This document shows, piece by piece, positions 16,478-25,694 of a DNA stretch of 64,000 bases. The stretch is taken from the IMG/VR virus record IMGVR_UViG_3300005434_000009, positions 8,581-72,580 of that record. The stretch is one strand, 5' to 3'. Position 1 is the stretch's first letter; each line of letters opens with the position of its first letter. The stretch is from a virus (Duplodnaviria > Caudoviricetes). The notes below the pieces were generated by a model, which saw only the letters and a program-made list of their open reading frames with translations, did no database searches and had not been told where the DNA came from. The position numbers and the translations under genes were made by a program.

Positions 16478-17001
16478 GAGGTCACCGCCTGGCCCTTAGC
16501 CCACCGTTCACAGGTGCGGCAGGTAGGCAGGTCCATCAGCCACGGGCGTTCCCACAGGTTCTCGTGGTCCCTGGGTCCCGCGTGAACGTGCTTGGCCCAG
16601 ATGCGGAACTCCTTGGGCGTTTCCGTGCCCACCGCAACGAGGTGCTGACGGCGGTTACCGGTCGCCTCGGCCCACCGGTAACCCTCCGGGACCGCGACCT
16701 TGTTCAGGCCGAACCGGGGCGAGCAGGAACACCTGTTGCCCAGCCGGTCGAGGACCAGATCGCGGGGGGCGAGACGAAGATTGAAACCCGCTGCCTCATC
16801 ACGGCGGCGCTGCTCAGCGTTCGGGGTGATGCGACGGTGCGCGGCTTCCGCGTCGACTGTCTCGGCAATCATGATCCCGCAGGTGCACCCGCACGGGGCC
16901 ACGTGCTCCCAGGCCAGGTTGTCCAGCGACATCGGCTCGTCGGCCTCGGCGACCTTCACGAAGATGTGCGAGACGTCGGCGAATCCAGCTCGCGCGCTCA
17001 C
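16474..17001 (-). CDS. Hypothetical Cys-containing protein
   Basis: PCGCTCG, CSC, CRTC motifs; coupled overlaps. Confidence 0.55.
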   Translation of the reverse strand: MSARAGFADVSHIFVKVAEADEPMSLDNLAWEHVAPCGCTCGIMIAETVDAEAAHRRITPNAEQRRRDEAAGFNLRLAPRDLVLDRLGNRCSCSPRFGLNKVAVPEGYRWAEATGNRRQHLVAVGTETPKEFRIWAKHVHAGPRDHENLWERPWLMDLPTCRTCERWAKGQAVTS

Positions 17002-17474
17002 GCCACCGCCACCCCTCGTACGGTCCGCTTCCGGGCCGGCCGCAGAGCTTCCGTCGTCAACGTCTCCGTCGGAGAGGCGAGGACAGCCCCCTTCACCCCT
17101 TGGGCTTCGTGGCGGATGTCATCGCCGTGCCCTTTGGGGAGGGTGCAGATGTACTGGCCCGCCACCTCAGCGGCCCACCGGTGACCGCACCCAGTGGAGC
17201 GGGGACCGGGCCACGGTGTCGGGGACCAGGACACGTTCATGGCGTCGACTTCGGCCTTCGCCCAGTCGTCCTGCTCCTGGGACACCAGACCAGCGGGGCG
17301 GCCGTTCTCGTCCCACTGCAGGACGGGGGCCGTCCAGGGGACTACCGAGCCCACCTTCAGGTAGCCGGTGGATGGGAGGGTAGGGCTGTTCAGAGCGTGA
17401 GAAGGCACTGGGGTTGCCTCGCTATCGCGTTGGTCTGGCCGTGCTGGGGTCACGGCCTGTAAGGTGTTGCTCAT
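16998..17474 (-). CDS. Hypothetical protein
   Basis: GAGG RBS before ATG at 17474; C...CTLPKGH..H motif. Confidence 0.55.
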   Translation of the reverse strand: MSNTLQAVTPARPDQRDSEATPVPSHALNSPTLPSTGYLKVGSVVPWTAPVLQWDENGRPAGLVSQEQDDWAKAEVDAMNVSWSPTPWPGPRSTGCGHRWAAEVAGQYICTLPKGHGDDIRHEAQGVKGAVLASPTETLTTEALRPARKRTVRGVAVA

Positions 17475-17563
17475 CGACTCGTTCCTCTGGCTGGGGTGCG
17501 ATCGGTTGAGGTTCTGAGGCTTCATCCGTTGCAGCGGATGGGGCCTCGTCTCGTTTACGGAGG

Positions 17564-17737
17564 TCAGGCGGCCTCCTTGCGCCGTTTCACCGGCACCTGC
17601 TCCGCCGCCCACCGCTCCAGTAGCGGAGTCATGAGGTCGGCGATGAGCTGCTTCTGCTCCGAGGAGAACCGGAAACCCCGGGCGATCTCCTGGGCGGCGG
17701 CTTTCGCTTCCGGGGAGAGCCGGGACGAGGCGGTCAC
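17564..17737 (-). CDS. Small protein after cro (57 aa)
   Basis: GTG overlaps the cro stop; VTASSRLSPEAKAAAQEIARG... Confidence 0.55.
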   Translation of the reverse strand: MTASSRLSPEAKAAAQEIARGFRFSSEQKQLIADLMTPLLERWAAEQVPVKRRKEAA

Positions 17738-17985
17738 GCGGCCGCGCCGTTCGAGTCGTCGTTTTCGTCGGTGAAGTCGTCCAGGCTCACGGGACGCTCG
17801 AGTGCCTTACTGAGCTGCCTCCGTAGGCGGTGGGCCAGCACCGTGCTGGGCTCGTAACCCCACATCTCCATGTTGCGGAGATGGCCTTCGCTGCACTGGA
17901 TCAACACTGCGAGTTGGGAGCGGGACAAGCCAGCTTCTTCCCGGAGTGCCTTCAGGTCACGGCCTCTGATCTTGCGTCCGTCCAT
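17734..17985 (-). CDS. Cro-like XRE HTH regulator
   Basis: LKALREEAGLSRSQLA...SEGHLRNME...PS; divergent from the repressor. Confidence 0.85.
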   Translation of the reverse strand: MDGRKIRGRDLKALREEAGLSRSQLAVLIQCSEGHLRNMEMWGYEPSTVLAHRLRRQLSKALERPVSLDDFTDENDDSNGAAA

Positions 17986-18154
17986 GCGCAGTAATTTAGC
18001 ATTTCCTGCGCTTTCTGCGCAACCGAACGTGTGGGATTTCTACCAGAACGACGCAGGGTTTGCGATGGTGGGGTGTACCGACCCGTGGACCTGGGGAGCA
18101 TCCATGCAGGTGGGCCTAGTTAGTCCTGCGCATGTTCTGCGCTATCGTCGCGTC
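17986..18154. promoter_or_regulatory. Divergent lysis/lysogeny switch with leaderless promoters and repeated operator motifs
   Basis: Minus strand TTGCGC-N18-TAAATT then 7 nt to the cro ATG; plus strand TATCGT then 6 nt to GTG 18155; CCTGCGC...TTCTGCGC at about 18005 and 18125. Confidence 0.55.
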
Positions 18155-18538
18155 GTGCGCTGGACACCCGAGAGCATCCGCAAACGGCGAGACGCCCTTG
18201 GCATGACCCAAGAGCAACTCGCTGAGCGCGTAGGCGCGAGCCTGCGCACGGTATGGGGATGGGAAGACGGTGTAACCCCCCAGAGGAAGTGGACCGAGAA
18301 ACTCAACGAAGTCCTCGGCCCACCGTCAGCGGACACGCCGCGCCAGGAGTCCCTGGCCGACAAGGGCGCCGCACAGTTGGTCGCGGAGATCGCCGAACGC
18401 CTGACCGAGCTGGCCAGCCGCGTACCCCCTGACCGGCTCGCCGGCACCTACGAGAGCCGTTCTGACGACGTCCCAGCGTTTGTAACCGAATCGTTAGAAA
18501 GTGCTCATGAGCAAGAGCGGCGGGAGGCGCTCGGTTGA
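18155..18538 (+). CDS. CI-like immunity repressor (XRE HTH, no S24 peptidase domain)
   Basis: IRKRRDALGMTQEQLAERVGASLRTVWGWEDG..P; alternative start ATG 18104. Confidence 0.85.
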   Translation: MRWTPESIRKRRDALGMTQEQLAERVGASLRTVWGWEDGVTPQRKWTEKLNEVLGPPSADTPRQESLADKGAAQLVAEIAERLTELASRVPPDRLAGTYESRSDDVPAFVTESLESAHEQERREALG

Positions 18539-18611
18539 GATTGCACTCAGGTGGCCTATACCCAACCGTCCCCTGTCGGTTCTTGGGGAGTTACTGAACT
18601 GTCGATTTAGA

Positions 18612-18627
18612 TCGAACGAGCGTTCGA
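18612..18627. promoter_or_regulatory. LexA (SOS) box
   Basis: TCGAAC-GAGC-GTTCGA, a perfect match to the actinobacterial TCGAAC-N4-GTTCGA consensus, intergenic. Confidence 0.85.
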
Positions 18628-18796
18628 AGCATCCGGGTCACCCCTCGACGGACTATTGACACCGCATGAGGACGATGGTGCACCCTGCGGGTGACAAGAT
18701 CCCCCTGGTTGCTCTAACGAAACGGTGCGAGTAGTAATACTCCGCTCAGTCTTACGGCGGACCGGGGCACCGCCACCTGAAGGGGGATCAGGAGCT

Positions 18797-19099
18797 GTGG
18801 CACAACCGATCGACTGGAACTACTCTTACCGCTCAGACCCTGCGGCGCAGTGGCTGTTCGACCGAGTGGAAACGAACTACGACCTCAAGATAGTGACCGA
18901 TCCGCGCCAGACCAGCCCCGTCCGGGTGAGCCTGCCCCGGGGTGTCATCGCCCTCAAGCCGGACATGGAGTTCCCACGGCTGCACTGGTGGGTGTGCCGG
19001 GCGGTGGCGCTCACCGAACTCGGCCCGAATCTGATCCCCGACCTGATCCCCGTGCAGCGCACCGACAACGTGGTGCCCATCCTGCGACGACCGTGGTGA
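18797..19099 (+). CDS. Putative SOS-inducible antirepressor, ImmA/IrrE-like without HExxH
   Basis: AGGAG RBS + GTG; between repressor and integrase; IALKPDM...VCRAVALTELG aligns by eye with ImmA I.L.P.L...TLAHELVH.ERG. Confidence 0.45.
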   Translation: MAQPIDWNYSYRSDPAAQWLFDRVETNYDLKIVTDPRQTSPVRVSLPRGVIALKPDMEFPRLHWWVCRAVALTELGPNLIPDLIPVQRTDNVVPILRRPW

Positions 19100-19108
19100 C
19101 TGCCCCAG

Positions 19109-20476
19109 TCAGCGCGGGGTGATCCGCACCGTCTCCGGTCGGAACGTCCGTGTGCCCCGGCCCACCGGGAACAGCTCCACGGTGCACAAGGCGTCGATCA
19201 GAGCCCGCTGAACGTGGAAACCGGCCGCCTCGAACTTCTCCTCCCGTTCCTTCTCCGCAAGGTTGAGGAAGGGGCCGATGATGTCGAAGCGGCCGGAATC
19301 GGTCATGCGGAGCTCCACCGCATCCAATCTCGCCCGCACCCGGCTGGTCATCAACCGGAACTGCGCGGGGGTGACGACCGGGTCGTCGGTGAACTCCTCG
19401 GCGAGTTCCCGCAGCTGCCGGTGCAGGTCGTCCGCCTCGGCCCGCAGGGCGTCCAGGTCGGGTTTGTCCCGGTCGACGATGTACTCGAACGCGCCCGGCT
19501 CACCCAGGATGAGCAGCACGGTGTAGGTGACGTAGTCGTCCACCGGTTGGGCGAGGCGGTTGACGTGTTTCATGGACCGGCAGCGGTAGATGCGTTTCCC
19601 GTGGGAGGCGCCGCCGCCGTGGACGAGCAGCCCACACACCCCACACCTTCCGATCCCGGTCAACAGTTGGGTGGCGCCGGGGGTGCCGGTCCGGCGTTCG
19701 GGGCGGGACAGGATGTCCACCACATCCCGCCACACCCCTTCATCGACCAGCGCCTCCCACTCAGCGCGGACGTCCATGATCTCGCCCTTGTAACGACGTT
19801 TCCCACAGTTGCGGGGGTTCAACAACACCCGGCGGACGTTGTCGATCCGCCACACACTGTTCTGCCCGGTGCGCAACCCGGCGTTGTTCCAACGGCGGGC
19901 GATCTCAGCCAACGGCACACCCGACTGCGCCCACACGTAGCCGTCACGGATGGCGTCGGCTTCTTCGGGGACGATCTCGACACCGCGACTGTTGTAGCCG
20001 AAGGGTCGCCGGCCGCCCATGCGTCGGCCTTGCTCGGCGGCCTGGCGGTGTGCGCGGATCTGCCTCTCCGACTTCATGTCGATTTCGTGCTGCGCGACCT
20101 CGCCCAGCAACCCGATCAACAGTCTCCCAGATGGGGACGTCGGGTCCATGTCGGTGCCCTGGACGAGGGCGACGACCACGTTGTGGGCTTGGCAGGCCTC
20201 AACGAGCGCGAGACGGTCCCGGGGGTTGCGGGTGAGCCTGTCCAACGCCCAGGCGACGATGACGTCCACGCGGCGGTCCTGGACGGCTTTGAGCATGGCC
20301 TGGAACTGGGGGCGGGGTTTGCGTCCGGAGGCGGACACGTCGTTCTCGGTGTAGACCACCGTCTTGGTCCAGCCTCGTTGCTGGATGAGGCGTTCGCAGT
20401 CCTCGAGCTGCCGGGCCACGCCGAGGCCTTCGCCGACGCGGTCCTGCGAAATCCTCACGTATATGGCGGCTCTCAC
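19109..20476 (-). CDS. int: Large serine integrase
   Basis: AAIYVRISQD, END.SAS, DRLTR, recombinase domain, Zn ribbon CGVCG...YRC; TAGTCT -10 seven nt before GTG (leaderless). Confidence 0.95.
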   Translation of the reverse strand: MRAAIYVRISQDRVGEGLGVARQLEDCERLIQQRGWTKTVVYTENDVSASGRKPRPQFQAMLKAVQDRRVDVIVAWALDRLTRNPRDRLALVEACQAHNVVVALVQGTDMDPTSPSGRLLIGLLGEVAQHEIDMKSERQIRAHRQAAEQGRRMGGRRPFGYNSRGVEIVPEEADAIRDGYVWAQSGVPLAEIARRWNNAGLRTGQNSVWRIDNVRRVLLNPRNCGKRRYKGEIMDVRAEWEALVDEGVWRDVVDILSRPERRTGTPGATQLLTGIGRCGVCGLLVHGGGASHGKRIYRCRSMKHVNRLAQPVDDYVTYTVLLILGEPGAFEYIVDRDKPDLDALRAEADDLHRQLRELAEEFTDDPVVTPAQFRLMTSRVRARLDAVELRMTDSGRFDIIGPFLNLAEKEREEKFEAAGFHVQRALIDALCTVELFPVGRGTRTFRPETVRITPR

Positions 20477-20551
20477 GTGCGCTAGACTAGCCCCCAGGCC
20501 AGCGGAAGCACGTGTTTCTAGCGTACGTTGCAGGTATAGATGGGGGCGGCC

Positions 20552-20761
20552 ATGACCAGCACAAAGACGGTGCGAGTACCTAAGCCGGCCCCGCCGACTG
20601 AGCCGCCCCGTTCCGGCGCCTTCCGCTTCTGGCTGGGAACGGCCCCGAACCCCTTCCCCGAGTACACCCCGCTCGACGAGTGTGAACACTGCGGGGCGAT
20701 GGTCCTCACCGCCACCTTGTCCCGACACCACGCCTGGCATCGACGTCAGGCCCACATCTGA
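20552..20761 (+). CDS. Small Zn-binding protein (possible directionality factor, unproven)
   Basis: CEHCG...H..WH; divergent from int. Confidence 0.45.
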   Translation: MTSTKTVRVPKPAPPTEPPRSGAFRFWLGTAPNPFPEYTPLDECEHCGAMVLTATLSRHHAWHRRQAHI

Positions 20762-20802
20762 TGGTGTCAGGGTCACCGGTAGTGGGAGAGGAAGGTGGGG
20801 GG

Positions 20803-21318
20803 ATGAGCGAACTGGTCGAGTGGTTGACCGCGATCCTGGACGAGCACGAGCGGGTGGCGCGGGCTGCGGACGAGAAGGCGTTGAGCCCCTGGCGCAACTC
20901 CAACGGACTCGTCAAGCACTCCGGACCACCCGAGGGTGGACATGGGCGCGACAATGGCCTCTGGGACGACGAGGGAACTTCGGGCATGAAGGTGGACCAC
21001 CAGCTGTGCATGCTCGGTGAGATCGCCGAGCATGTGGCCCTGCACGATCCGGCGGCCGTCCTAGCTCTCATCCAGGCGCAGCGACAGATTTTGGCCGCCC
21101 ACGCCCCGACCCGGTACACCAACGCCGACCTTGGGATCAAGGACGCACCCGTTTGTCTCACCTGCCATGCGGTGATGGACTCCCCCGAGGATTGGCCAGA
21201 CGAAGCAGACTGGTCCTACCCCCTGGTCCAGCGCTCTTTCCCCTGTCCGACTGTTCGGGCCCTTGCTTCCGCCTACCGGCACGCACCGGGCTGGGATGAG
21301 GCGTGGGGGTCGACATGA
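20803..21318 (+). CDS. DUF6221-like protein
   Basis: LVEWLTAILDE.ERVARAA...HVALHDPAAVLA...PCPTVRALASAYRHAPGWDEAW. Confidence 0.75.
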   Translation: MSELVEWLTAILDEHERVARAADEKALSPWRNSNGLVKHSGPPEGGHGRDNGLWDDEGTSGMKVDHQLCMLGEIAEHVALHDPAAVLALIQAQRQILAAHAPTRYTNADLGIKDAPVCLTCHAVMDSPEDWPDEADWSYPLVQRSFPCPTVRALASAYRHAPGWDEAWGST

Positions 21319-21632
21319 CCGACGCGAGGATCGAGTTCATCCGCCGCTGCTTGGACGCCGAAGAGCAGCACATCCGACAGGACGCGGCGAGGGCCCGGGA
21401 GATCCGGACCGCGTGGGGTTTGCCGCAACACGAGCCGACTGGGCTGCTGTCCACCGACTCCCGGATGCTCCCCATCGAGGCGCACAGGGAGATCGTGGAC
21501 ACCTGCGAGCACTACCTGCACGAGTACGAGTCGGGCATCGATCCCTGCGCTAACGGGGTTCTCGATGCGCTCGTGGCCGCGTACAGGGAGCACAGCTTCG
21601 ACGGCCGACACCCCAGTTGGGGGCCGACGTGA
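21315..21632 (+). CDS. Second DUF6221-like protein
   Basis: IEFIRRCLDAEE...IEAHREIV...VLDALVAAY...HPSW. Confidence 0.6.
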   Translation: MTDARIEFIRRCLDAEEQHIRQDAARAREIRTAWGLPQHEPTGLLSTDSRMLPIEAHREIVDTCEHYLHEYESGIDPCANGVLDALVAAYREHSFDGRHPSWGPT

Positions 21633-22306
21633 CCCGCCCTGGAACGTTCGCCTGGTTCGGCGCGAGCACCGTGTGGTTCGGAGCCGCAACCCTCTCGTTC
21701 TCTGGTCTGGACGGCCTAGCCCAGTCCTGCTACATCTCCCCCACACTCGCTCCGCTCATGCCCCTGGTGATCGACGTCGGGGTTGCTGTCGCCGCCTGGG
21801 TGTGGCGCAGAGGTGTCAACCCTGACGCGGCACGGTTAGCCGGCCGGATGACGTGGAGCCTGTTGGTGCTCACCGTTGTGGGTAACGGGTCGCATCTGGG
21901 CATGGAGGCCAGTCACGTCCTCCCGCCGTGGTGGGCGGCCGCGATCGTTGGAGCGGTGCCGCCTGCCGTCGCTGGAGCCGTCGCTCACCTGCTGGTGCTG
22001 CTCGGGCGAGGCGATGTGCAGCTGGATGTACAGGAGCCCGTTATTTGCGCGCAGGAGCCCGAGGTAATTGCACAGCGCAAACCGGCCCCTGCACCGTCTC
22101 GGCCGAAGCGGACCAGCGTAGCCGCACCCACCGACAGAACGGTTTCCGAGACCCGGGCCGCTGCTCTCCTCGCCTCCGGGGCAGGGAGACGGCGGATCAG
22201 CCGTGAGCTTGGGGTGTCGGAGCATCAGGCCCGGGTGTTGCTTGAGCAGCACGCGGCGGAGAAGACCCCGAACAATGGTCACCCGGTGTTAGAGGAGGCG
22301 AAATAG
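21629..22306 (+). CDS. DUF2637-like membrane protein with C-terminal HTH (plasmid/AICE spread-type)
   Basis: LSFSGLDGLA...APLMPLVIDV...VGNGSH...GAVPP.V...AHL; 4 TM segments; C-terminal AGRRRISRELGVSEHQAR. Confidence 0.75.
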   Translation: MTRPGTFAWFGASTVWFGAATLSFSGLDGLAQSCYISPTLAPLMPLVIDVGVAVAAWVWRRGVNPDAARLAGRMTWSLLVLTVVGNGSHLGMEASHVLPPWWAAAIVGAVPPAVAGAVAHLLVLLGRGDVQLDVQEPVICAQEPEVIAQRKPAPAPSRPKRTSVAAPTDRTVSETRAAALLASGAGRRRISRELGVSEHQARVLLEQHAAEKTPNNGHPVLEEAK

Positions 22307-22752
22307 TGGGCTGCGACATCCACCTGATCGTCCAGGCCCGTCGTGACGGGAAGTGGGAAGACGTGGAACTCAACCTGGACGGGACCAACGAGTACAACGA
22401 ATCGTTCTGGGAGTCTCAGTCCTACGCCACGTTCGCGGTCCTGGCAGCTGTGCGCAACTGGCCCGAGTCAGGTCTCACTCCCATCTCGACTCCACGCGGG
22501 CTGCCGGACGACTTCGAGTGCCAGGACGACCGCGTGCCCTCGCGCCGTCGTTTCAACCTGGGAGCCCTCGTCGGCGACGTGGAGCGCAACGGCAAGGACT
22601 TGGGCGAGCACTCCCACTCCTGGGTCACCCTCGCTGAACTGAAGGCTGTTCCGGAGGGCCAGCAGTGGGCGTTGCCTGAGGGCTGGATCCCGGAGCTGGA
22701 GAAGTACGGCGCACCCGATGACGTCCGGCTCGTGTTCGGCTTTGACTCGTGA
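22306..22752 (+). CDS. Conserved phage hypothetical protein
   Basis: MGCDIH...Y..FA.LA.VRN...PRGLPDD...HSHSWVTL.EL. Confidence 0.7.
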   Translation: MGCDIHLIVQARRDGKWEDVELNLDGTNEYNESFWESQSYATFAVLAAVRNWPESGLTPISTPRGLPDDFECQDDRVPSRRRFNLGALVGDVERNGKDLGEHSHSWVTLAELKAVPEGQQWALPEGWIPELEKYGAPDDVRLVFGFDS

Positions 22753-22910
22753 CAGCCCTCCTCATCGCCTTCGTGGTCTGGCTCTTCTGGCCGGAAAAGA
22801 CGCGCTGGCATCCCTTCGAGGGCATCTACAACTTCAACCGTAAGACCGGGCAACTGAAGATCGCGGTCACGTTGCCGACCAAGAAGAACGCCAGGAAGAG
22901 GAAGAGATGA
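22749..22910 (+). CDS. Small membrane protein with basic tail (53 aa)
   Basis: VTALLIAFVVWLFW...KKNARKRKR; coupled on both sides. Confidence 0.5.
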   Translation: MTALLIAFVVWLFWPEKTRWHPFEGIYNFNRKTGQLKIAVTLPTKKNARKRKR

Positions 22911-23128
22911 GCCGTTCGCACCCGCGCTGCTGGACGGGCGAAGCCTACGTCCACACCTGCCACGAGCCGTCTGGTCGAACCTGCCTGGACTGCGACCGGC
23001 CCGCTGGAACGCCGTGGGGGCCGTACTGGTGCCCGGATTGCGACGTGAAGCGACTCGACCGTTGCACCGCTGGGTTGATGGAGATCCAGGCGGCACTGGA
23101 CGAGCAACGCGAACTGAGGCAGTCGTGA
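22907..23128 (+). CDS. Small Cys-rich protein
   Basis: CLDC...W.PYWCPDCDVKR. Confidence 0.6.
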   Translation: MSRSHPRCWTGEAYVHTCHEPSGRTCLDCDRPAGTPWGPYWCPDCDVKRLDRCTAGLMEIQAALDEQRELRQS

Positions 23129-23241
23129 CCCCCACCATCGCCTCCCTCTTGGCTGCTCTCCTGGTATGGGGAACACGGATCGAGGTTCGGGTCAGGCGGG
23201 AGCAGAGGCCGGCACCGGAGAGCGTGGAGGTGGAGGGCTGA
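23125..23241 (+). CDS. Small membrane peptide
   Basis: IASLLAALLVW; coupled on both sides. Confidence 0.4.
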   Translation: MTPTIASLLAALLVWGTRIEVRVRREQRPAPESVEVEG

Positions 23242-23552
23242 TGGGCGGCTGGATGACGTACGGCCGCTTGCGCTCCCGGAACAACTTGCAGCGGAAGCCC
23301 GACGACGACCCAGACCCCTACTGGCGAGATCAGAGTAAGCACTCCTACGCCTCCGGCAACCCAGTCCGCGCGCTGCTCGCAGGCGAGCTGAACAGGATGG
23401 AGCGCGACTACCTGGACCCGCAGTACCCGGAGCCCCCGTTCGCCGCCCGGTCGCCTGGCAGCGACCCGCTCACCGAGTGCGCCACCGCCACTGGAGTGGA
23501 CCGTGAGGTCGTCCGTCGGGTGCTCCGTCATGTGTTCCGAGAGTCCCCATGA
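23241..23552 (+). CDS. Hypothetical protein
   Basis: GGAGG RBS; coupled to the traB-like start. Confidence 0.55.
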   Translation: MGGWMTYGRLRSRNNLQRKPDDDPDPYWRDQSKHSYASGNPVRALLAGELNRMERDYLDPQYPEPPFAARSPGSDPLTECATATGVDREVVRRVLRHVFRESP

Positions 23553-25633
23553 CCGAGCCCGTCCCGGCTGTCCTTGTCTCCGACGAGGAGTTCGCCCGCC
23601 GCTTCAACGCCCGCCAGGCTGTGGCCGCCCGGGCGAACGTCGCCCGCTCCGACGTGGTGACTGTCGCCCGGGTCACCCGCCGTGTCGCCACCCACGACCG
23701 CACCCGGGCGGTATGCCGGGAGATCGCCTACATCCCAGGTGGGGTGGCAGCGGCGGCAAAGTGGTGGCGGGAGAACTGCACGGGGGCCGGATACCAGCGG
23801 GCGATCCGTGACGCCGAAGCGAAAGGCGACTACGAAGCCGTCATCCAGCTGCGGAAGTTGGCGGACGACGAGCGGCATCGCCGGTTCGAACGGATCATGA
23901 CCTACATCCGGGCCCCGCAGGAGCTGCTGAAAGCCCTCGTCGTCATCGCCGTCGTCGCCGTCGGCGGCCTGCTGCTGCTGGGTGTGGCGGCTGCGTTGGC
24001 GTTCGGGGATCCCACCCTGGCCACCGGGCCCATCCGGGCCGTCATGTGGGCGGTCGCCACAGCGGTATGGCTGTGCACCGTCGGCGGCAGCCTGCTGGTG
24101 GGCGGGTTGTGTGGGCTGGTCGTGCTGTGCCTGTGGGCTGCTGGGAGGCGGGCGGGGAACGTCCCGGAGTTCCTGGCGCCAGCGGCGGAGCGGGAGGCCC
24201 GGCGGGAGGAAATCACGCCCGCCCTGGCGGTGATGGCGTTCCGGGACCTGGGGGTCGCCGAGCTCCGCAAACGGATCCTGGCGTTGCCGGACAACGGGGC
24301 GCCCATGATCTCTCAGATCCGCCCGGCCGGGTGCGGGGTGGAGTTCGACGCCACCCCACCCAGAGGTTCCACATCCACGGCGGTGATCCTGTCCCGCCAC
24401 GACCGGCTGTCGGAGAACATCAACCGCCACCCGCACGAGGTGCACCTGTCGGTCCCGCAGAACCAGCCGGGGACGGTGCGGGTGTGGGCGGCGGACCCGG
24501 GGGCGTTGGACGAACCGATCGGGGCGTCTCCGCTGGTCTACGACGACGAGATCAAAGCGGACTACCGGCGAGGCGCGGCCCCGTGGGGTGTGACGCTGCG
24601 GAACGACCCGGCTGAGATCCGGCTGTATCAGATCCACGTGCTCATCACCGGCAAGTCGAACCAGGGCAAAACGGCGGCGCTGCGGTCGCTGGCTTTGTGG
24701 CTGTCCCTGGATAAGCGTCCTGAGCTGCGGATAGCTGACCTGAAGGGGATGAACCCCACCACGAAACGGTCGGATTGGGCGATGTTCGAGGGCATCGCCA
24801 CCGAGTTCATCGCCGGCCCCACCGATGACCACGTCGCTGAGGCCACGGAGATGTTGGAGCGGGTGGTGGCGGAGATGAACCGTCGTATTCAACGGGGCGG
24901 GAACTGGGATCCGCTGATCGCCATCGTCGACGAAGCCCAGGTGGCGTACATGTGCCCTGCGAAAGGGCCGGACGGGCGACCCTACGGCGGGTCGAAGAAC
25001 ACCTCCCGGTTCCTGACCGCTGTGCGGCAGATCCAGAACCAGGGGCGGGCGGTTGATGTGCTGCTGTGGGAGGGGACCCAGGACCCCACGAACCAGAACC
25101 TCCCCATCCTGGCCCGCGAGGGCGCCCACCTGCGGATTTGCCTGGCGGTGGGGACGGAGGAGAAGTCCCGGATGGCGTTGGGTGACAACGCGGTGGAAGG
25201 CGGGGCCGCACCGCACCGTCTACGGCCTGGCCTGGACAAGGGGACTGTGGTGGTGGCGGGTGACGGTGCACCGTTGTCGGCCGGGCAGGCGTCGGTGACG
25301 ATCCGAACCCACTTCATCGATGACAAGGACGCCACCGCCATCGCCAACCGGGCGAAGAAACTGCGCGGCCCGCTGGTCCCCCGCCCCCCGGAGCAGGAGC
25401 GGGACCTGCTTGAGGACGTGTTCGAGCTGATGGGCGACGCCGAGCAGGTGCCGGCCGCGACGATGGCCCGCCTGCTGCACCCGGTGGACCGCCGGTACGC
25501 CGTGATGGACGGGGTTCAGCTCAAGGCCCGACTGGACGATCTGGGGGCTCTGGTGACGAAGAACAAGGGTGTTCCGATGGTGTACCGGTCCCGCATCCAG
25601 GCGGCGATGGAATCCCGGGGGGAGGGCGCGTGA
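23549..25633 (+). CDS. FtsK/SpoIIIE-family DNA translocase, actinomycete plasmid TraB type
   Basis: N-terminal TM pair, Walker A ITGKSNQGKT, Walker B IAIVDEAQ, TQDPT, C-terminal winged-helix-like DLLEDV..LMG. Confidence 0.85.
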   Translation: MTEPVPAVLVSDEEFARRFNARQAVAARANVARSDVVTVARVTRRVATHDRTRAVCREIAYIPGGVAAAAKWWRENCTGAGYQRAIRDAEAKGDYEAVIQLRKLADDERHRRFERIMTYIRAPQELLKALVVIAVVAVGGLLLLGVAAALAFGDPTLATGPIRAVMWAVATAVWLCTVGGSLLVGGLCGLVVLCLWAAGRRAGNVPEFLAPAAEREARREEITPALAVMAFRDLGVAELRKRILALPDNGAPMISQIRPAGCGVEFDATPPRGSTSTAVILSRHDRLSENINRHPHEVHLSVPQNQPGTVRVWAADPGALDEPIGASPLVYDDEIKADYRRGAAPWGVTLRNDPAEIRLYQIHVLITGKSNQGKTAALRSLALWLSLDKRPELRIADLKGMNPTTKRSDWAMFEGIATEFIAGPTDDHVAEATEMLERVVAEMNRRIQRGGNWDPLIAIVDEAQVAYMCPAKGPDGRPYGGSKNTSRFLTAVRQIQNQGRAVDVLLWEGTQDPTNQNLPILAREGAHLRICLAVGTEEKSRMALGDNAVEGGAAPHRLRPGLDKGTVVVAGDGAPLSAGQASVTIRTHFIDDKDATAIANRAKKLRGPLVPRPPEQERDLLEDVFELMGDAEQVPAATMARLLHPVDRRYAVMDGVQLKARLDDLGALVTKNKGVPMVYRSRIQAAMESRGEGA

Positions 25634-25694
25634 CGATCGCGAAAAACCATCGGATCCAGGCCGATCCGAGGTTCGGAGCCCCCGCTCTCCCATG

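Noticed and set aside
20477-20551. attP of the serine integrase
   Set aside because: Plausible location, but I found no convincing inverted repeat or core dinucleotide; needs attL/attR from a lysogen
22030-22061. CAGGAGCCCG repeat as a TraB clt locus
   Set aside because: Only two copies, coding (QEP); real clt loci have many 8-bp repeats
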